From Eledone cirrhosa (Eukaryota), in the NCBI GenBank assembly GCA_964016885.1, contig OZ024744.1:130076001-130140000 (forward strand): 64,000 nt of DNA. Direction: 5' to 3'. The notes under the pieces were generated by a model. It had not been told where the DNA came from, searched no databases, and saw only the letters and a list, made by a program, of their open reading frames with translations. Positions 62,801-64,000 of the stretch are shown piece after piece. Made by a program: the position numbers and the translations under genes. The first letter of the stretch is position 1; each line of letters starts with the position of its first letter.

Positions 62801-64000
62801 AGTTGGGGTTAAATTAAGTTAGGGTTAAGTTAAGTTGGGGTTGAGTTAAGTTGGGGTTAAGTTAAGTTGGGGTTATGTTAAGTTGGGGTTAAGTTAAGTT
62901 GGGGTTAAGTTAAGTTGGGGTTAAGTTAAGTTGCGGTTAAGTTAAGTTGGGGTTAAGTTAAGTTGGGGTTAAGTTAGATTGTTGTTAAGTTAAGTTGGGG
63001 TTAAGTTAAGTTGGGGTTAATTTAAGTTGGGGTTAAGTTAAGTTGGGGTTAAGTTAAGTTGGGGCTTAGTTAAGTTGGGGTCAACTAAAGTTGGGGTTAA
63101 GTTAAGTTGGGGTTTATTTAAGTTGGGGTTCAGTTAATTTGGGGTTAAGTTAAGTTTGGGTTAAGTTGGGGTTAAATTAAGTTGGGGTTAAGTTAAGTTG
63201 GGGTTAAGTTAAGTTGGGGTTAAGTTAAGTTGGGGTCAAGTTAAGTTGGGGTTAAGTTAAGTTGGGGGTAAGTTAAGTTGGGGGTAAGTTAAGTAGGGGT
63301 TAAATTATGTTGGGGTTAAGTTAAGTTCGGGTTAAGTTAAGTTGGGGTTAAGTTGAGTTGGGGATAAGTTAAGTTGGGGATAAGTTAAGTTGGGCTAAGT
63401 TAAGTTGGGTTTAAGTTAAGTTTGGGTTAAGTTAAGTTGGGGTTAAGTTAAGTTGGGGTTAAGTTAAGTTGGTTAGTTAAGTTGAGTTTAAGTTAAGTTG
63501 GGGTTAATTTAAGTTGCGGTTAAGTTAAGTTGGGGTTAAGTTAAGTTGGGGTTAAGTTAAGTTGGGGTTAAGTTAAGTTGCGGTTAAGTTAAGTTGAGGT
63601 TAAGTTAAGTTGGGGTTAAGTTAAGTTGGGGTTAAGTTAAGTTGGGGCTAAGTTAAGTTGGGGCTAAGTTAAGTTGGGGCTAAGTTAAGTTGGGGTTAAG
63701 TTAACTTTGGGTTAAGTTAATTTGGGTTTGAGTTAAGTTGGGGTTAATTAAGTTGGGGTTAAGTTAAGTTGGGGTTAAGTTAAGTTGGGGTTAAGTTAAG
63801 TTGGGGTTAAGTTAAGTTGCGGTTAAGTTAAGTTGATGTTAAGTTAATTTGGGGTTAAGTTAAGTTGGGGTTAAGTTAAGTTGGGGTTAAGTTAAGTTGG
63901 GGTTAAGTTAAGGTGTGGTTAAGTTAAGTTGGGGTCAACTTAAGTTGGGGTTAAGTTAAGTTGGGGTTAAGTTAAGTTGGGGTTAAGTTAAGTTGAGGTT

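Larger units (their letters stand above)
1..64000 (+). repeat. 16-bp tandem satellite array (GTTGGGGTTAAGTTAA)n, G/T-rich and telomere-like, ~4,000 monomers, running off both window edges
   Basis: Period 16 read directly (1-16 and 17-32 are identical). Substructure is GTTGGG + GTTAA + GTTAA. Orientation is the same throughout, with scattered substitutions and small indels and no non-repeat sequence. Confidence 0.99.

Noticed and set aside
1-64000. Protein-coding ORFs on either strand
   Set aside because: TTAA is palindromic and occurs twice per 16 bp, and the period shifts frame each unit, so TAA stops hit all six frames within a few dozen bases. Under a TAA=Gln ciliate code the frames would be longer, but they are pure low-complexity repeat with frequent frameshifting indels.
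1-64000. CRISPR array or other prokaryotic repeat-spacer system
   Set aside because: There are no unique spacers, leader or cas genes. Monomers abut directly.
1-64000. Tetrahymena-type (TTGGGG)n or yeast 16-bp telomere assignment
   Set aside because: TTGGGG is never tandem here, ciliate macronuclear telomeres are far shorter than this array, and the unit does not match the yeast telomere repeats I know.
1-64000. A fixed-period higher-order repeat like alpha-satellite HORs
   Set aside because: Offsets differ (986, 1394, 1668, 2262, 2451, ~8100-8500, 14108, ~19240-19460) and breakpoints do not coincide. The structure is nested duplication rather than one regular HOR.
1-64000. Variants as an encoded message, synthetic construct or pure sequencing noise
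   Set aside because: Variants are reproduced exactly in paralogous blocks and form mutation series, which is what descent by duplication produces. Random error would not recur in order, and nothing indicates design.
1-64000. Promoter, terminator or homeodomain-like sites (TTAATTAA, TTGA, TATGTT)
   Set aside because: These are chance products of single changes in an AT-containing repeat, with no gene context.

Overview
The whole 64 kb window is one uninterrupted, single-orientation tandem array of a 16-bp monomer, GTTGGGGTTAAGTTAA (= TTAAG-TTAAG-TTGGGG; about 4,000 copies). The consensus has 6 G, 6 T, 4 A and no C on the + strand. I see no genes, RNA genes, transposons, CRISPR spacers, inversions or unique DNA. 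The monomer is telomere-like: it contains TTGGGG and is two A/G changes from TTAGG-TTAGG-TTGGGG, a composite of the insect TTAGG and bee-type TTAGGTTGGGG motifs. The array does not look freshly telomerase-made, because rare variant monomers recur in the same order over long distances. These variants reveal nested duplications: a near-perfect 14,108-bp head-to-tail duplication (26223-40330 / 40331-54438), an older ~16 kb duplication at ~19.2-19.5 kb offset, an ~8.1-8.5 kb offset block, and several 1-2.5 kb local tandem duplications. The best reading is a eukaryotic satellite (subtelomeric, interstitial telomere-derived or centromeric) expanded by recombination or DNA-templated copying. Organism and chromosomal position cannot be determined from this window. 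Offsets were measured by eye from marker variants, so block ends are approximate unless stated.
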